Source: Octopus sinensis
Taxonomy: Eukaryota
Reading direction: 5' to 3'
Length of the DNA stretch: 64,000 nt
Assembly: GCF_006345805.1 (NCBI RefSeq)
Contig: NC_043002.1
Coordinates: forward strand, 93,992,001-94,056,000
The notes under the pieces are model-generated. The model was given only the letters and a program-made list of their open reading frames with translations. It searched no databases and was not told the DNA's origin. The position numbers were made by a program, and so were the translations under genes. Each line of letters starts with the position of its first letter. The first letter of the stretch is position 1. Below are positions 50,306 to 63,092 of this stretch, in pieces.

Positions 50306-52635
50306 ACAATCCAGTCTTTTGTGAAAACATGTCTGGCCCTGGGGAAATATCACTTTGGTTGGAAGCTGGTGAGAGTTGGCAACAGGCTGAGAATTTAACT
50401 GGAGAAAATCCAGCTCAATGAATTTTGTCTGACCCATGCAAATATGGAAAAGTAGGTGCTAGAGATGTTGATATATAATGGGCTTTTTATATCAGTTTCT
50501 ATCATTCATATGGCATTAGTCATTCTGTGACTTGAGGGAAGAAGTCATTTAAGATTCCATGCAATAGGATGGAACCTGAAGTCACATGGCAGTGAAGTGA
50601 ACTTTGCTATGCAATCATGCCCAAATTTAGTTACTATTAACTGAATATGGAATACAGTGGTGGGAGTAATTCTGGTGTTTAGCAGTATGGTAATAAGTGG
50701 ATAAATTTTAGCTTTGTTAAATCTCATCAGTGAAACAGTTTAACCAGAGGTTAAATATATCATAGCAAGAAAACAAATAATTTGATAGAGTTAGTGTTGA
50801 TCTGGTGTACAAGTCGAATTTCTCAGAGCAAAATTTACAGCCAAAAAATATAGGTTGACTTGTATACCAGAACAACTTTGGATGACCAAAATTTCAATGT
50901 GAAATGCAGCAGGATTTGGAAAGATAGTGACAATGTTTGAACGCTCACACTATATACTATATCAACTTGTATGTTGGAGACAGTAGATTTATTTTCACTC
51001 AGCAAGCCTTAAAGGATTCTGTTTGCGTTACATATCTATCCTGACTGGGTTTATGTATACTTAAATAATAACAAAGGCAACAAAGAGCTGCCTCAAAGCC
51101 AAAAGCAGTAATTTTTTTTCTATAATAGCTCACTGTATAAATAACCTCATTGACGTCATGAATCAAAGGTTCCCACTGCAACTGTTATTGCTATTTTTGT
51201 TACATCTGAAAAGAAAAAGAAAATTTAATTCTATGTTGTTTGGCTGCATGTTTTACATTTTTGTTGTTTGATGTATTTTTAATGTTATGCTTTTTTTTTT
51301 TTTTTTTTTACCTTTATCAAATTAAAACTTAAAGTTTTTCTTTCTCTTGTGTTCGTATGAAGGGTATGCATATCTCTATATGAAAGTCAGGGAGGGTAAA
51401 TAGTGAAACCACATCAAGCTTGTGGGAAATGGCAGAAGAAGAGAATTGCTGCAGATCTTTATTGACTGCAGAAATATACAGGATGTTTGTTAATGAATGA
51501 ATGAATGCAGGCATGTTACAAATTAAAAGAATTCTTGAGAAAAGATATTCAAGATAATGCAGGAAGATGTTATAGTAAAGTAGCTTATTATGTCCCCCTT
51601 TTTTAAAAAGCACCATTTGTTCGTGGCCGTTTGCCAGCTCTGTCTGGCACCTGTGTGGGTGGCACGTAAAAAGCACCCACTACACTCACGGAGTGGTTGG
51701 CGTTAGGAAGGGCATCCAGCCGTAGAAACACTGCCAGATCTGACTAGGCCTGATGAAGCCTTCCGGCTTCACAGACCCCAGTTGAACTGTCCAACCCATG
51801 CTAGCATGAAAAACGGATGCTAAACGATGATGATGATGATGATGTATGGGTGTGATCTGTGTGGATACAAGGATGCAGGTGTGTTAAGCATTATCCTTTT
51901 TAAATTAAGATATTGTTTGATACTAATTTTAGTGAATCTACTTTAATTATGAAAGTAAAGAACATTTTATAATTTAGAAGTTGTGGCTGTGTGGTTAAGA
52001 TGTTCGCTTTGCAGCCATGTGTTTATGGTTCAATCCCACTGTATGGCATCTCGGACAAATGCCTTCTACCATAGCTTTGAGATAATGTTGTGTAAGTAAA
52101 ACTGGATATATGTATGGCTTGTGAGTGGAAGTATTAGATGAAAGAGGTGTGTGTGTGTTTGTGTGCAAATGTTGTTAGTCCACTGTTTTGTTTGTCACCA
52201 TCTGAGCAAAGTGGTGACATGAAGTTTACATTCCTTCTTGGTATTATGACCACCCACTTTGTGGTTTCATAATAGCAGTGGAATATAACATTTCTTACTC
52301 GAGAACAAGGTAAGGGTTGGTGACAGGAAGGCTATATGGCTAGAAAATGCTGCCTCATGTAAGTCCTTGCCCAACCTTTTCTAAAGTGGAAAAATATAAT
52401 GTTTAAATGAACAAACCTGTGTGTGTAGAGGTTAGGAGGCACAAGTGCTGAAACAGAAATGTGCATGTCAGTAAATACTCTGTTGTATTTATGTCCAGAA
52501 AAAGAGGGAAGTTGAATCTCTAAAATAGATGAAAATCTGGTAAAACTTATTCACTTGATAAAATACATTTGGTAAAATGGTTATCTTGGCAGTGATGTCC
52601 CATCAGGGCATGGCCCATTAACTGAAACTAGTAAA

Positions 52636-53042
52636 TACTCTTTACTCTTTTACTCTTTTACTTGTTTCAGTCATTTGACTGCGGCCATGCTGGAGCACTG
52701 CCTTTAGTCGAGCAAATCGACCCCGGGTCTTATTCTTTGTAAGCCCAGTACTTATTCTATCGGTCTCTTTTGCCAAACCGCTAAGTGACAGGGGACGTAA
52801 ACACACCAGCATCGGTTGTCAAGCAATGCTAGGGGGACAAACACACGCATACATATACATATATATATACATATATACGACAGGCTTCTTTCAGTTTCCA
52901 TCTACCAAATCCACTCACAAGGCATTGGTCGGCCCGGGGCTATAGCAGAAGACACTTGCCCAAGATGCCACGCAGTGGGACTGAACCCGGAACCATGTGG
53001 TTGGTTAGCAAGCTACTTACCACACAGCCACTCCTGTGCCTA
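52636..53042 (-). mobile_element. SINE family 1, young full-length copy in POR intron 7
   Basis: Reverse-complement match to 6739-7156, with a (tactctt)n tail. Confidence 0.88.
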
Positions 53043-53623
53043 TAGAGAATATTTACTTTTTTTTTTTTTTTACCAGAAGATTATTATTAGGTGACTTTAC
53101 CAGCCAGCTGCAGAAAGACCTTTCTAAGTAACACACTATCATGTATGCGAGACAGGATGTTTTGAAGGTCTGCAATTGCTGATGCTAGTAGGCATGGCAC
53201 ATAAAGAAGAAATAGCAATTATGGTGTATTATTATGAGAGTTAAAGTTGGTTCAGTTTATACTTTGCTGTTCGTCTTTGGATCTAAATGTTGATAATTCA
53301 TATTGGTTCACCTAGTTGTGCTGTACTTTTGCTAACGATAGCTATCTTGTAATAGCTAATTAGCGGGCTACTTGTCAACAGCTTGCAAGGCTGAGTTTAA
53401 TTAACCTTTCTATGGACTGTTGAATATGGTAACAGGTGTCTACTCAAGTATATATGGATTATGATCAGTTTTTAGTCATTGCTAGGTTATCTCTGGATAA
53501 GAAAAGTAAAACAGTTCATTCCATGCAATATCACATGTATATGAGTTAAATTATTAAAATATATATATATATTGTTGCACTAAATTATACATTTTATTTC
53601 TACATTAAATTTTTCTTTACCAG

Positions 53624-53740
53624 TCCTTATGATGCTAAAAACCCATTCCTGGCTCCAGTTGTTGTCAACAAAGAATTATTCAAAAATACAGACCGTTCAT
53701 GTATGCACATTGAATTTGATATTAGTGGGTCAAAGATAAG
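53624..53740 (+). CDS. POR: POR coding exon 8 (start of FAD domain)
   Basis: 117 nt; PYDAKNPFLAPVVVNKELFKNTDRSCMHIEFDISGSKI(R); accag acceptor, gtgagt donor. Confidence 0.97.
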
Positions 53741-54654
53741 GTGAGTCTATACAAAATAATGACATTATGTGCAATGTTTTTGAGCTTGTGTATGTGTATC
53801 TATAAGTTTATTGTGTATTTATAATGTGCATTAGCACTGTGATACTGTAATAAGCCTTCAGCAAATTATATCCAACTGATTTCCTATTAAAGGAAATACT
53901 GGTACCTATACATTATTATATATTATACAAGTTTATTAATTTACTGTGCAAGGTACTGTGAAATTCAGTATATTAATCTAGTGATCGTAGGAATTTGAAG
54001 TTTTTGCATGTAGATTAGTATGGATTGTTAAAAGTTCTGGATCATCAGTGTCCAGAAGAGATTTATCTGCATAAAGTATGAGAGGGTGCTGAAAAGTTCC
54101 TGGTCTTAAGGGTATTGTGAAAGGCCCAACCTTCCGAGTTCTTTTACAGGGCCTAGAAAAACTGAAGGACCACTGCAATAATTGTGTAAATCTGAGAGAG
54201 GAATATGTTGAATAAAATCACAATTAAATGATCCTCTTATATATTTTTTTTTTGCTCAAAGCCAGGAAACTTAAAATCATTGTGAGATATTAAAATAAGA
54301 ACATATGGCAGAATTGTGAGTTTGCCAGACAAATACTTTGCAATATTTAATTACATAGCTTTACATTGAGAGTTCACACACTGCAGGGAACGATTTTTAT
54401 CTTTCCTTCAGTCATGGTTAATTAAAAACCAGAAAAAATGGCAAGGTTTTTGTCTGTAAATTTCTGGTCCTATGTCCATATAAGAAATCATGAAGCATTG
54501 AGATGTTTTGTATTTAAAATACCTGTAGTCATACAAAGATTGGCCTTGTCCCTAGGGAAACAAATCAAAACTATATATTGCTATTTTTCTTAGAATTTCT
54601 TTTACTTTTACGTTTAATAACATTTTGCATTTTTTGTCATTTTGTTTTGTTTAA

Positions 54655-54703
<49 letters not shown>

Positions 54704-54735
54704 GTCATTTCTGAAATGTGTTTTCTATTGAATAG

Positions 54736-54854
54736 ATATGAATCAGGGGATCATGTTGCTGTCTATCCAACCAATAATCCAGAACTTGTTTCAAAGATTG
54801 GTGAGCTTCTGGAAACCAAACTTGATACTATCATCACTTTAACAAATGTGGAAG
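54736..54854 (+). CDS. POR: POR coding exon 9
   Basis: 119 nt; YESGDHVAVYPTNNPELVSKIGELLETKLDTIITLTNVE; aatag acceptor, gtaaac donor. Confidence 0.97.
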
Positions 54855-55074
54855 GTAAACTCTTCTAATATATATTAAATTTTAATCCTGTTATTAAAAA
54901 GAATGTTTTATAAATAAATATAAGTTAGGGGTATTGGAAAGTAATGTATTTTCAAGCAAATTGTCTGACCTTATATCACAAGGGGATATATCTCAAAGTA
55001 TCAGGGACATATGTCAGAGGCTTAAACTTTGACCACTGTGCAAAATAATCTGAAGCAGATTAAAAAATTGTATA

Positions 55075-55635
55075 GGGAAGGAAAGTGGTTACTTCATGAG
55101 CTGTTCCCTGAGAGTCAAGGCTACATTCAGTCAAGATAACTTAAGAAAAGATAAATTCATTAGCCTTGGAAGCTCTGCCTCATCCTCCCTCCTCTTCGGA
55201 CCTAGTACCATCAGATTCTCGCTTATTCAGATCACTCAAACACTTTACCAGTGGAAAAACATTCCAAAGCAGGGATAACATTGAAATAGCATTCCAAACA
55301 TTTTTGTCGTTTAACCCTTTCGTTACTAACCCGGCTGAAACCTGCCCTGGCTATGTAGTACAAATGTCTTGTTTTCATAAGTTTTGAATTAAAATCTTTC
55401 ACCAAACCTTAGTCACAATTAATGTTCCTAACACTAACGTATTGATAACTAAGTTATTTTACTAAATTCTTTGTTATATTTAAAATAATTGAGAGAAAAA
55501 CAGAATCTCAAAATAAATACAGTAATGAAAGGGTTAAAGAACCTGATTTTTGTGTTTGAGGAATCAGAAGACTGGTTTCAAGGTGGGAAAATATTATTGC
55601 TGATGATGGTGATTATATTTTTGAATGGGTAAATA
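55075..55635 (+). mobile_element. mariner transposase C-terminal remnant interrupted by a MITE
   Basis: EALPHPPSSSDLVPSDSRLFRSLKHF (a decayed YSPDL motif). The sequence resumes after the MITE with a ...DDGDYIF-like end. Confidence 0.75.
55315..55533. mobile_element. piggyBac-type MITE (second family)
   Basis: TTAA TSD (55311-55314, 55534-55537); TIRs ccctttcgttact / agtaatgaaaggg (12 of 13 match). Confidence 0.88.
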
Positions 55636-56367
55636 TATTCATATGTTTTATGCTGGAATGAATAAATATATTCAGTTTATTTTTTTATACTGATTTGAAC
55701 TCATTATATGAAATAGAATATTACTTATTGGTACCGAAAATAACTGTAAGTTGATGGAAGATATCATACTAGAATTTATGTTGATCATAACGCTATTTTT
55801 TGTTTTTTGTACTAAATACGTTGCTGATAGTTTAGAGAAAATACTTTTATTTCATTGAATCATTTCAAGAAGAAATTAAATTATCAGTGCAACAAGATTG
55901 CTCTTGGTCTTGACAGCAAAGATTTGAATTTATTGAGTATCAGTTAACTTCTCAACAAGTATCCAATAACTTCTCATATATCAGTGTCACTGATATACAT
56001 GTATGGCCATTTTATTTCTTTTTCTGGTATAAAAAGGATTGATCTGATAGACCTAATCCCTTGTCCAGGTTAAAAGCACCACCTGGCCTTTGTGTATTTT
56101 TTGGCAGAGTCCACTCTCTTGCAAGCTTTCAGGGTTAGGACTTTTGTCCGAGGATAACTTCCTTCCTTCCTTCCTTCCTGCCACTATTCTCAACTACCCT
56201 GGAAATGGTTGTGGGTGCTGCTATTTCTTCTCATACTGTTATAAACATGCAAAATTTGATTTTTTATAAATCTTTGTCTTGATTAATCTTGGTTCCACAT
56301 TTGGTTTTGAATTTCTATTAATTGCCATTTCTGTACTCCTGATTTTTCTTTCCAATGTCTCTTCCAG

Positions 56368-56549
56368 CTGAGTCCAACAAAAAACACCCTTTCCCTTGTC
56401 CAACCACCTATCGTATTGCATTGTTACACTATGTTGACATTATGAATCCAGTAAGAACTCATGTCCTCAAAGAACTTGTGGAATATGCTAAAGACCCCAA
56501 AGATAAAGAATTTCTGGAAAAAATAAGTTCAACTACACCTGAAGGAAAG
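56368..56549 (+). CDS. POR: POR coding exon 10 (connecting domain)
   Basis: 182 nt; ESNKKHPFPCPTTYRIALLHYVDIMNPVRTHVLKELVEYAKDPKDKEFLEKISSTTPEGK; cttccag acceptor, gtatgg donor. Confidence 0.97.
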
Positions 56550-57641
56550 GTATGGTTTAGTAATGTGACTTAATTCTCTGACTTGCATCTGTTTATAAGT
56601 TCTTAGGGAGAATAAGTGTCTGGTGAGCCATGTCTGCAATTCGGAATCAATTTCTTTTAGGATTATTTCATTTTATTTCTTACATCACCCCTGCTGTATG
56701 TGAAAGTTATGACTTCTGAAGTTCTCATTTCCTTCCTAAAACAAAGCTTGTGCTTACTTGGACAAGAAAACTATTTAGTGCTCCAATTAAATTTAACAAC
56801 AAGAAACAATCCATTAATGATACTAAATCCATGGTAATATTTTCATTTAGAAATATTGAATTTCTAGAGACATTTAGAAATTCAATATTTCTAATTTCGG
56901 TGATCAGTAAATAAATTTTACTGATAATATGATATATTTGCGAAGGGATTGCAGTCATCTTAGCGAGCGAGACAAGCTACCCTGAACTGACGACGAGCAA
57001 TAGACTCAGAAACATAGGTCGTCAGGTGCTTAGTCCCAGCTGGCGGGGTCGATTGCCTCCCCTTTGCAAATATAAGGACACAGAAAATGTGTCAAAGCTG
57101 ACAGGAGACGTCGATGTTTCCTAGGGCTAAATGGCGGTGGTGTAATTCCCTTACGGGACTGTCACATTGAGTTGACAGTATACGACCACTATATCGCTCT
57201 ACCACCACTTTGTCTCTCTGAGACATTTAGAAATTCAATATTTCTCATATATATATATATATATAGTTAATCCAAACAAGAAAAAAAAAATATATATATG
57301 CATATATATATATGCACATGTATGTGTCTATCTTCTGTAATATATGCACATACATGTGCATGACTCTTCTGTACAGTTTCCTTTTCCTTCTTCTGAATTG
57401 CACTCTCGAGGCATTGGTCAATTTGAGGCTGTAGTAGACATTTCTTCTATGAGTCATGCAGTAGGATTGATCTCGGAATTATAGAGTTAATAGTTATGAA
57501 ATAATCTTTTCTTTCACTCAGCCATAACTGCACATTTTATTTTCTTAATTTCTTTGTTCTGAGTTTAAATTCATCCGATGTATCATCACGATTTATTTTC
57601 TTGATTCTATATCTGCCTGTGTAATATTTACTTTATTTCAG

Positions 57642-57791
57642 CAATTATACAGTGAATGGGTAATAAAAGATCATCGAAATATCATAGCTATTTTGGAAGA
57701 CCTGTCCTCAGTCAAACCACCCCTTGATCATCTTTGTGAGTTGTTACCTCGTCTGCAAGCTCGTTACTATTCCATTTCATCATCTCCTAAA
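57642..57791 (+). CDS. POR: POR coding exon 11 (FAD-binding RYYSISSS motif)
   Basis: 150 nt; QLYSEWVIKDHRNIIAILEDLSSVKPPLDHLCELLPRLQARYYSISSSPK; tttcag acceptor, gtaagt donor. Confidence 0.97.
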
Positions 57792-59230
57792 GTAAGTAAT
57801 TTTTTTTCCCAATTACAGTTGTTTAAGTCATTGTCGTTAGTTATGCTAGATTTAGTAAATTAATGGCAATTAATTAGTATTTCCTATTGATATACATTGG
57901 TTAGTACATGTACTTTGTACATTGTAGTAACATACAAATCTTTTATGATCATTTATCTGCTTTTACCTTCTGGCATGGGATTGATGGGTCTCAAAACTTC
58001 TCACAACTCACCATGATTTTCCATCCTTATATTGTCTTTGTCTGTTCCTTTTTGGCCTTGTTTTTACAGTTTGTGTCTTTTTTAACACAAACCACTTTGC
58101 TTAGAGTGCTTAACTTCTTAGGAAGGTTGCCATCTTTGAGAAACCTCATCTCTATAAGGTGTTAGGTGGAGGAGGAAGAGGCAGTGAGAACGTAGTTTCC
58201 TATGCAATATAGGGAAAAGTGGAGAACCTTTGCTTCCTATTTAAGGGTTGGTGGTTTGATGTGACATAAAGGTTGTTTTAGTCATGTACGTGTGTAGAGT
58301 TATGAGAGAGAGAGAGAGAGAGGTAGGGGTGGAGTTTACTCATTTATTTTGAGCAGTGGAAAATGAGGCCCTTCTTTGTGTAGGGAGAGAGGAATGTTTA
58401 GCTGACAGTCATTCTTCATGATGGGGTTTGGCAAGTGGGGTACCATAATGTCTTGGGATAGCATACATTGAATATTTTCATCACTAATGTGGAAATGTTG
58501 CATTCAATACTTTATATAAAATATTCTGCTATAGCTATTATAAGATATCACACACTATGTTAACTTACCATTCTGCCACAGTTTGGCTGCTGTCACATGG
58601 TAACCTATTTACCATTTCCAGTCAAACTGTCTAACCCATACCAGCATGGAAAATGGATGTTAAATGATGATGATGTTATATCAGTGCTTCCTATTAATCT
58701 CATTTGTTTGATGATTCTGCCAATACTCTCTCCTGAACATTACTATTATGCGTATAATCTATTTTAAATTGTTAGCAACATATGGTAAAAGGCAATCCAA
58801 CCATGACCACCTGTGCTGTCATGCATTGCATATCTAAGACTACATTCTCCAATGTGTCTCTCATTTTTCAAGGTTGAATTTGGAGAAATTTGACTCCTAT
58901 TTTCTGTAGTTTCAGCAGTCGGTGAAAGGCTTCCTCGCTAGTTTTAAAATGCCAATAATAGAGATGATGACTCAATCACTTGACCTTTGCACACCTTTAG
59001 TAGAATCCACTTCATATGCATTTAAGCCAGGTCTCTGGACTCTGGATAACTTCTCTACTTTTAGCAGTCACAGAAACCCTGGAAAAGATCATGAGCATTG
59101 CTGCTCCTCTTCTCATTAAACTGTTAAAAAGCACAAAAAAAAAAACTGCATTATTTAGCTTCAAAGCCTTCATTATTTATTTGTATTACATTATTATTAT
59201 TATTTATTATAATTGTGATTGTGTCTTCAG

Positions 59231-59495
59231 GTCCATCCAGACAGGATTCATATTACTGCTATTCTCATTGATTATGTTACAAGAGATGGTCGAAAAATAC
59301 AGGGTGTCACCACTGGGTTCCTTAGTCTGAAGAAATCATCCAATGGCGATTGTCCTCGAGTGCCAATCTATGTACGCAAATCACAGTTTCATTTACCATT
59401 TAAACCATCCACAGATATTCTTATGATTGGTCCTGGTACAGGTGTGGCACCATTTAGAGCTTTCATTCAAGAACGAGATTTCCTCAAAAGTCAAG
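59231..59495 (+). CDS. POR: POR coding exon 12 (FAD/NADPH domain, GPGTGVAPF motif)
   Basis: 265 nt; VHPDRIHITAILIDYVTRDGRKIQGVTTGFLSLKKSSNGDCPRVPIYVRKSQFHLPFKPSTDILMIGPGTGVAPFRAFIQERDFLKSQ; cttcag acceptor, gtatgt donor. Confidence 0.97.
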
Positions 59496-60009
59496 GTATG
59501 TTGTTTTCCTCTTTCACATTCAGCTTTGGAATATTTATTAAATACATACCAAATCCTACAACAATGCTATGCTACATGTTACTTTGGTTAGCATCATCTT
59601 TCTGTTGTTTTTTTTCTTTTCTATTTAATGTTTGTCTTGTTCTAAATTTTGATCAACTTCTTTGATTCCTTTTAACTAACTTTTCACTGCCCTTTCTAAA
59701 ATGGTTTGCAGTAACATATATCGTACTGATGTCTGTTCTGGGTTTATTTTGCTTGTGGACCTTGTCTAGTAACAAATTTAAGAGAAAGTTTTCCCACTAC
59801 CATCAGGATCATCCAAAAACTAGATACCTCCGTTCTGTTGAGAGATACTATTCATTATGTATATATATAAATAAAATGCCATCCCCACCCCTACATAGGG
59901 TTTATCTCCTATGTAAGGTAGTGATCATATAGCACATAAAAATGGTGTAGTGTATGCAGTTTGAAGGCTATTGTTTGTTTATGAATTCTGCCAAATGTGA
60001 GCTTTCTTT

Positions 60010-60622
60010 TCAGGTACATGATGCTCATGTCCCCCATCCCAGGATCCCACGGGCCCACACCTCCCACACACTCAGGGTTGGCACACTCAATGTGGGCACA
60101 CTGAAAGTTAGGTCTGGTGAGATTGTTGAGATGCTTGAACAGAGACGTGTAGATTTGTGCTGCATCCAAGAAGTAAGGTGGAGAGGAGGTTCCGCTAGAT
60201 TCCTCACAGGCATAGTACACAGGTACAAGATTTTCTTGGCAGGGAACACTGATATGGTCAAGGGAGTGGGTATACTTCTTGTGGAAAAATGGGTTGATAA
60301 GGTAATCGAGGTATTCAGAGTATGTGATAGAACACTTACGATTAGATTAGTGCTACATCATGGATTAGCAACCATTATCTTGGCTTATGCCCCTCGGCCG
60401 GGGCTACCTGATGGACAGAAAGACCGATTTTATAACACCCTCTTGCAGACTACCTCATTGATGAATGACAGGGACCTTCTCTTTGTGGCTGGTGACTTCA
60501 ATGGGCATGTTGGACAACATGCAGGGGTCTTCCATGGCGTACATGGAGGCTGTGGTTTTGGTTCCTGCAATGAGGAGGGAACCAGACTGCTGGAGTTCTG
60601 CGATGCAAATGATCTTATGGTT
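60010..60622 (+). mobile_element. RTE LINE apurinic-endonuclease domain fragment in POR intron 12
   Basis: Uninterrupted frame containing [41 protein letters not shown] and [18 protein letters not shown]. It ends abruptly at a TA microsatellite. Confidence 0.92.
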
Positions 60623-60726
60623 TGTATATATATATATATAAATATATATATATATGTTTATATATGTGTATGTATGTATATATATGTTTATACATGTATA
60701 TATGTGTATGTATGTATGTATGTATG

Positions 60727-60772
<46 letters not shown>

Positions 60773-61370
60773 CTAGCTGGCGTACCTGGTAATTCCTGGG
60801 GTTAAAGATGTTCTATTGAAACGCCTTATTACTCTGATATAAGAAAGCAATTTCGTTATAACTGCCCCAAAGGGTGTATTTTCTGTCGTGAAAAAGTACA
60901 AAAATTTCTCAGCTGGAGGAGAGAAAGATTGTTGGAGGTTGTGAAGAGTGCAATAGTAACGTTCACACTCACTGAGGGTCGCTCTCAGTAACTGCTTTTA
61001 GCTTACGGAGTTCTTGCTTTTATAACTATCGAAAAGCGACCAAAAAGATAGACATAATGTTGAGAACAAATGATTTCGTTGGAGGTCTGTTATCTCCATT
61101 CCAGCCCCTGGTGGCGTAGAAGAGGTTAGAAGGGTCAAGTGGCAAAGACATTATTCTGCTTTGCGAAGGCATCTGGGAAATGTATAACTGCTGTCATTCA
61201 CAGAAAAACTATTGTTTTACTGTGAGAAAAGTGCTGTTAAAGTGTTAAGTGAAATTTGGCAATCAAGGATTGATTCCATGCTATGCCTGCATGAAGCCAC
61301 AACAAATGTGTTGTGGAATAAAAAATTTATCTTCTGTCATGGAAAAAGTGTAACTGTAAAAATGCAGAAT
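60773..61370 (-). mobile_element. Possible Helitron-like element (3' end at 60773)
   Basis: The minus strand ends ...ccccaggaattaccaggtacgccagCTAG|T, resembling the 3' terminus of 1168-1696. The hairpin is imperfect and the 5' boundary is uncertain. Confidence 0.45.
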
Positions 61371-63092
61371 TATATATATATATATACATACATAGATATT
61401 GATATATGTATATATATAGAGAGAGAGATAGATATAGATAGATAGATGTAGATATATGTATATATAAGGAGATATATATATATATATAATACATGTGTGT
61501 GTGTTTCTTTTTGCTTCTTCCTGTTGCCACAACTTGACAGCTGGTGTTTGTTTGTTTCTTTGTTTATGTCCTTGTAGCTTATGAGTTTGGCAAAGGGAAG
61601 CAATAGAATAAGTACCAGACTTTAAAGTATGTACTAGAGTTGATGTGTTCAACTAGACACTTCCAGGTGGTACCCCAGCAAGACTGCAGTCCAGTTACTG
61701 AAATGAGTAAAAGATAGCCCAATATGAACATTACAAATTTTAGTCTTGGAAGTGCAGTAAGGCGCTATACCATCTTTTATTTCATTTTGTCCAATTCACC
61801 ATCATCATCATTTAGCCTTATTTTCCATGCTGGCATGGGTTAGACAATTTAACTGAAACTGGTAAGCCAGACAGCTGTACCAGGTCTGATTTTGGCTTGG
61901 TTTCTATGGCTGGATGCCCCCTTTTTAATGCCAACCACTCCAAGAGTGTAATGGGTGTCTTCAACATGTCATTGCCATAGGTGCTTTTACATGTTACCAG
62001 CACAGGTACCTCTGTGTGTCACTGGCATAGGTGCCTTTACGCATCACCAGTGTGGGTGCGTCTACATGTCACTGACACAGGCTACAACTATGATTTCACT
62101 TGACTTGACTAGTCTTCTCAAGCACAGCAAACTGCCAAAGGCCTTGATGACTTGTCATCACCTCTGTGAGACCCAAAATTTGAAGATCATGCTTCACCAC
62201 TTTGTCCCATTTCTTCTGGGTCTCCCTCCACAGAGATCAGCACTTTTTTTACACAGCTGTCCTTGTCCATATACATCACATGTTTGCCTGAGTTAGGGTC
62301 TGAAAATTTAGTGGTGATAACAGAATTGAATGGATTAACTTGTATTCTGTTAATCAGCTAAATCAAAATGCGAGCATGAGGTGGTCCCTCACTTTTTGTT
62401 TTGTTTTTACCATTCAATAGTGTGCATGTGGCATGTTACTGATCCCTAAATTTTGATTTTTGTTATTAAATTCACCGGTTTTAATAATTTTAAGTGAAAG
62501 AAGCTTGGTGAGTCATTATGTCTGTGAATGAACATTTGTCTAGATAGTAGCTCATTCTGAATTTCCTTCCATTTAGCATTGCATACAAATGTGATAAATT
62601 TAGTTTAGGCTTTTCATGCGAGTAATGTGGACTGTCTCCATGTTTTCAATGGCACACACAAGCACAAGTGGACAAATACATTGTGTAATTATGTAGTTGT
62701 TAACTGCAGTGTTGTATATGTGTGGATACTAGTAGGTGGTTTGTTTTATGTTGTGATAGGCTATTGTAATTGAAGTTTGTTTTGTTTAGAACATGAAATC
62801 TCTGATACTGTAGCAATGGTAAAATGTATCCAGTACACTATGTAAAGTGGTTAGTCTTAGGAAGGGCATGCCATAGAAACCATACCAAAACAGAAATGAA
62901 TGAGTAAGCCTCAGTTTCCGGAGCATACCCAGGAGGACAATAACTTTGAATAAGAACCAACTCAAACTGATATATATATAATGGTACACACACTCTCTGG
63001 GTCTCAAGATATCATTGAAAGGTCTAACGTTAAATAATTTATGCGATTTTAGAAAATTTATTCTGATGTTGTTTAATTTTCTAATTTTCCAG

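Noticed and set aside
51750-51775. ctgatga followed by the stem aagcc-ttcc-ggctt (hammerhead-like)
   Set aside because: No GAAA follows the stem, and other copies of this SINE family have a different sequence here, so it is a chance match.
60623-60805. C-terminal extension of the 283-aa ORF 59954-60805
   Set aside because: It is read-through into a TA/TG microsatellite. Only about 60010-60622 is LINE endonuclease, and none of it belongs to POR.
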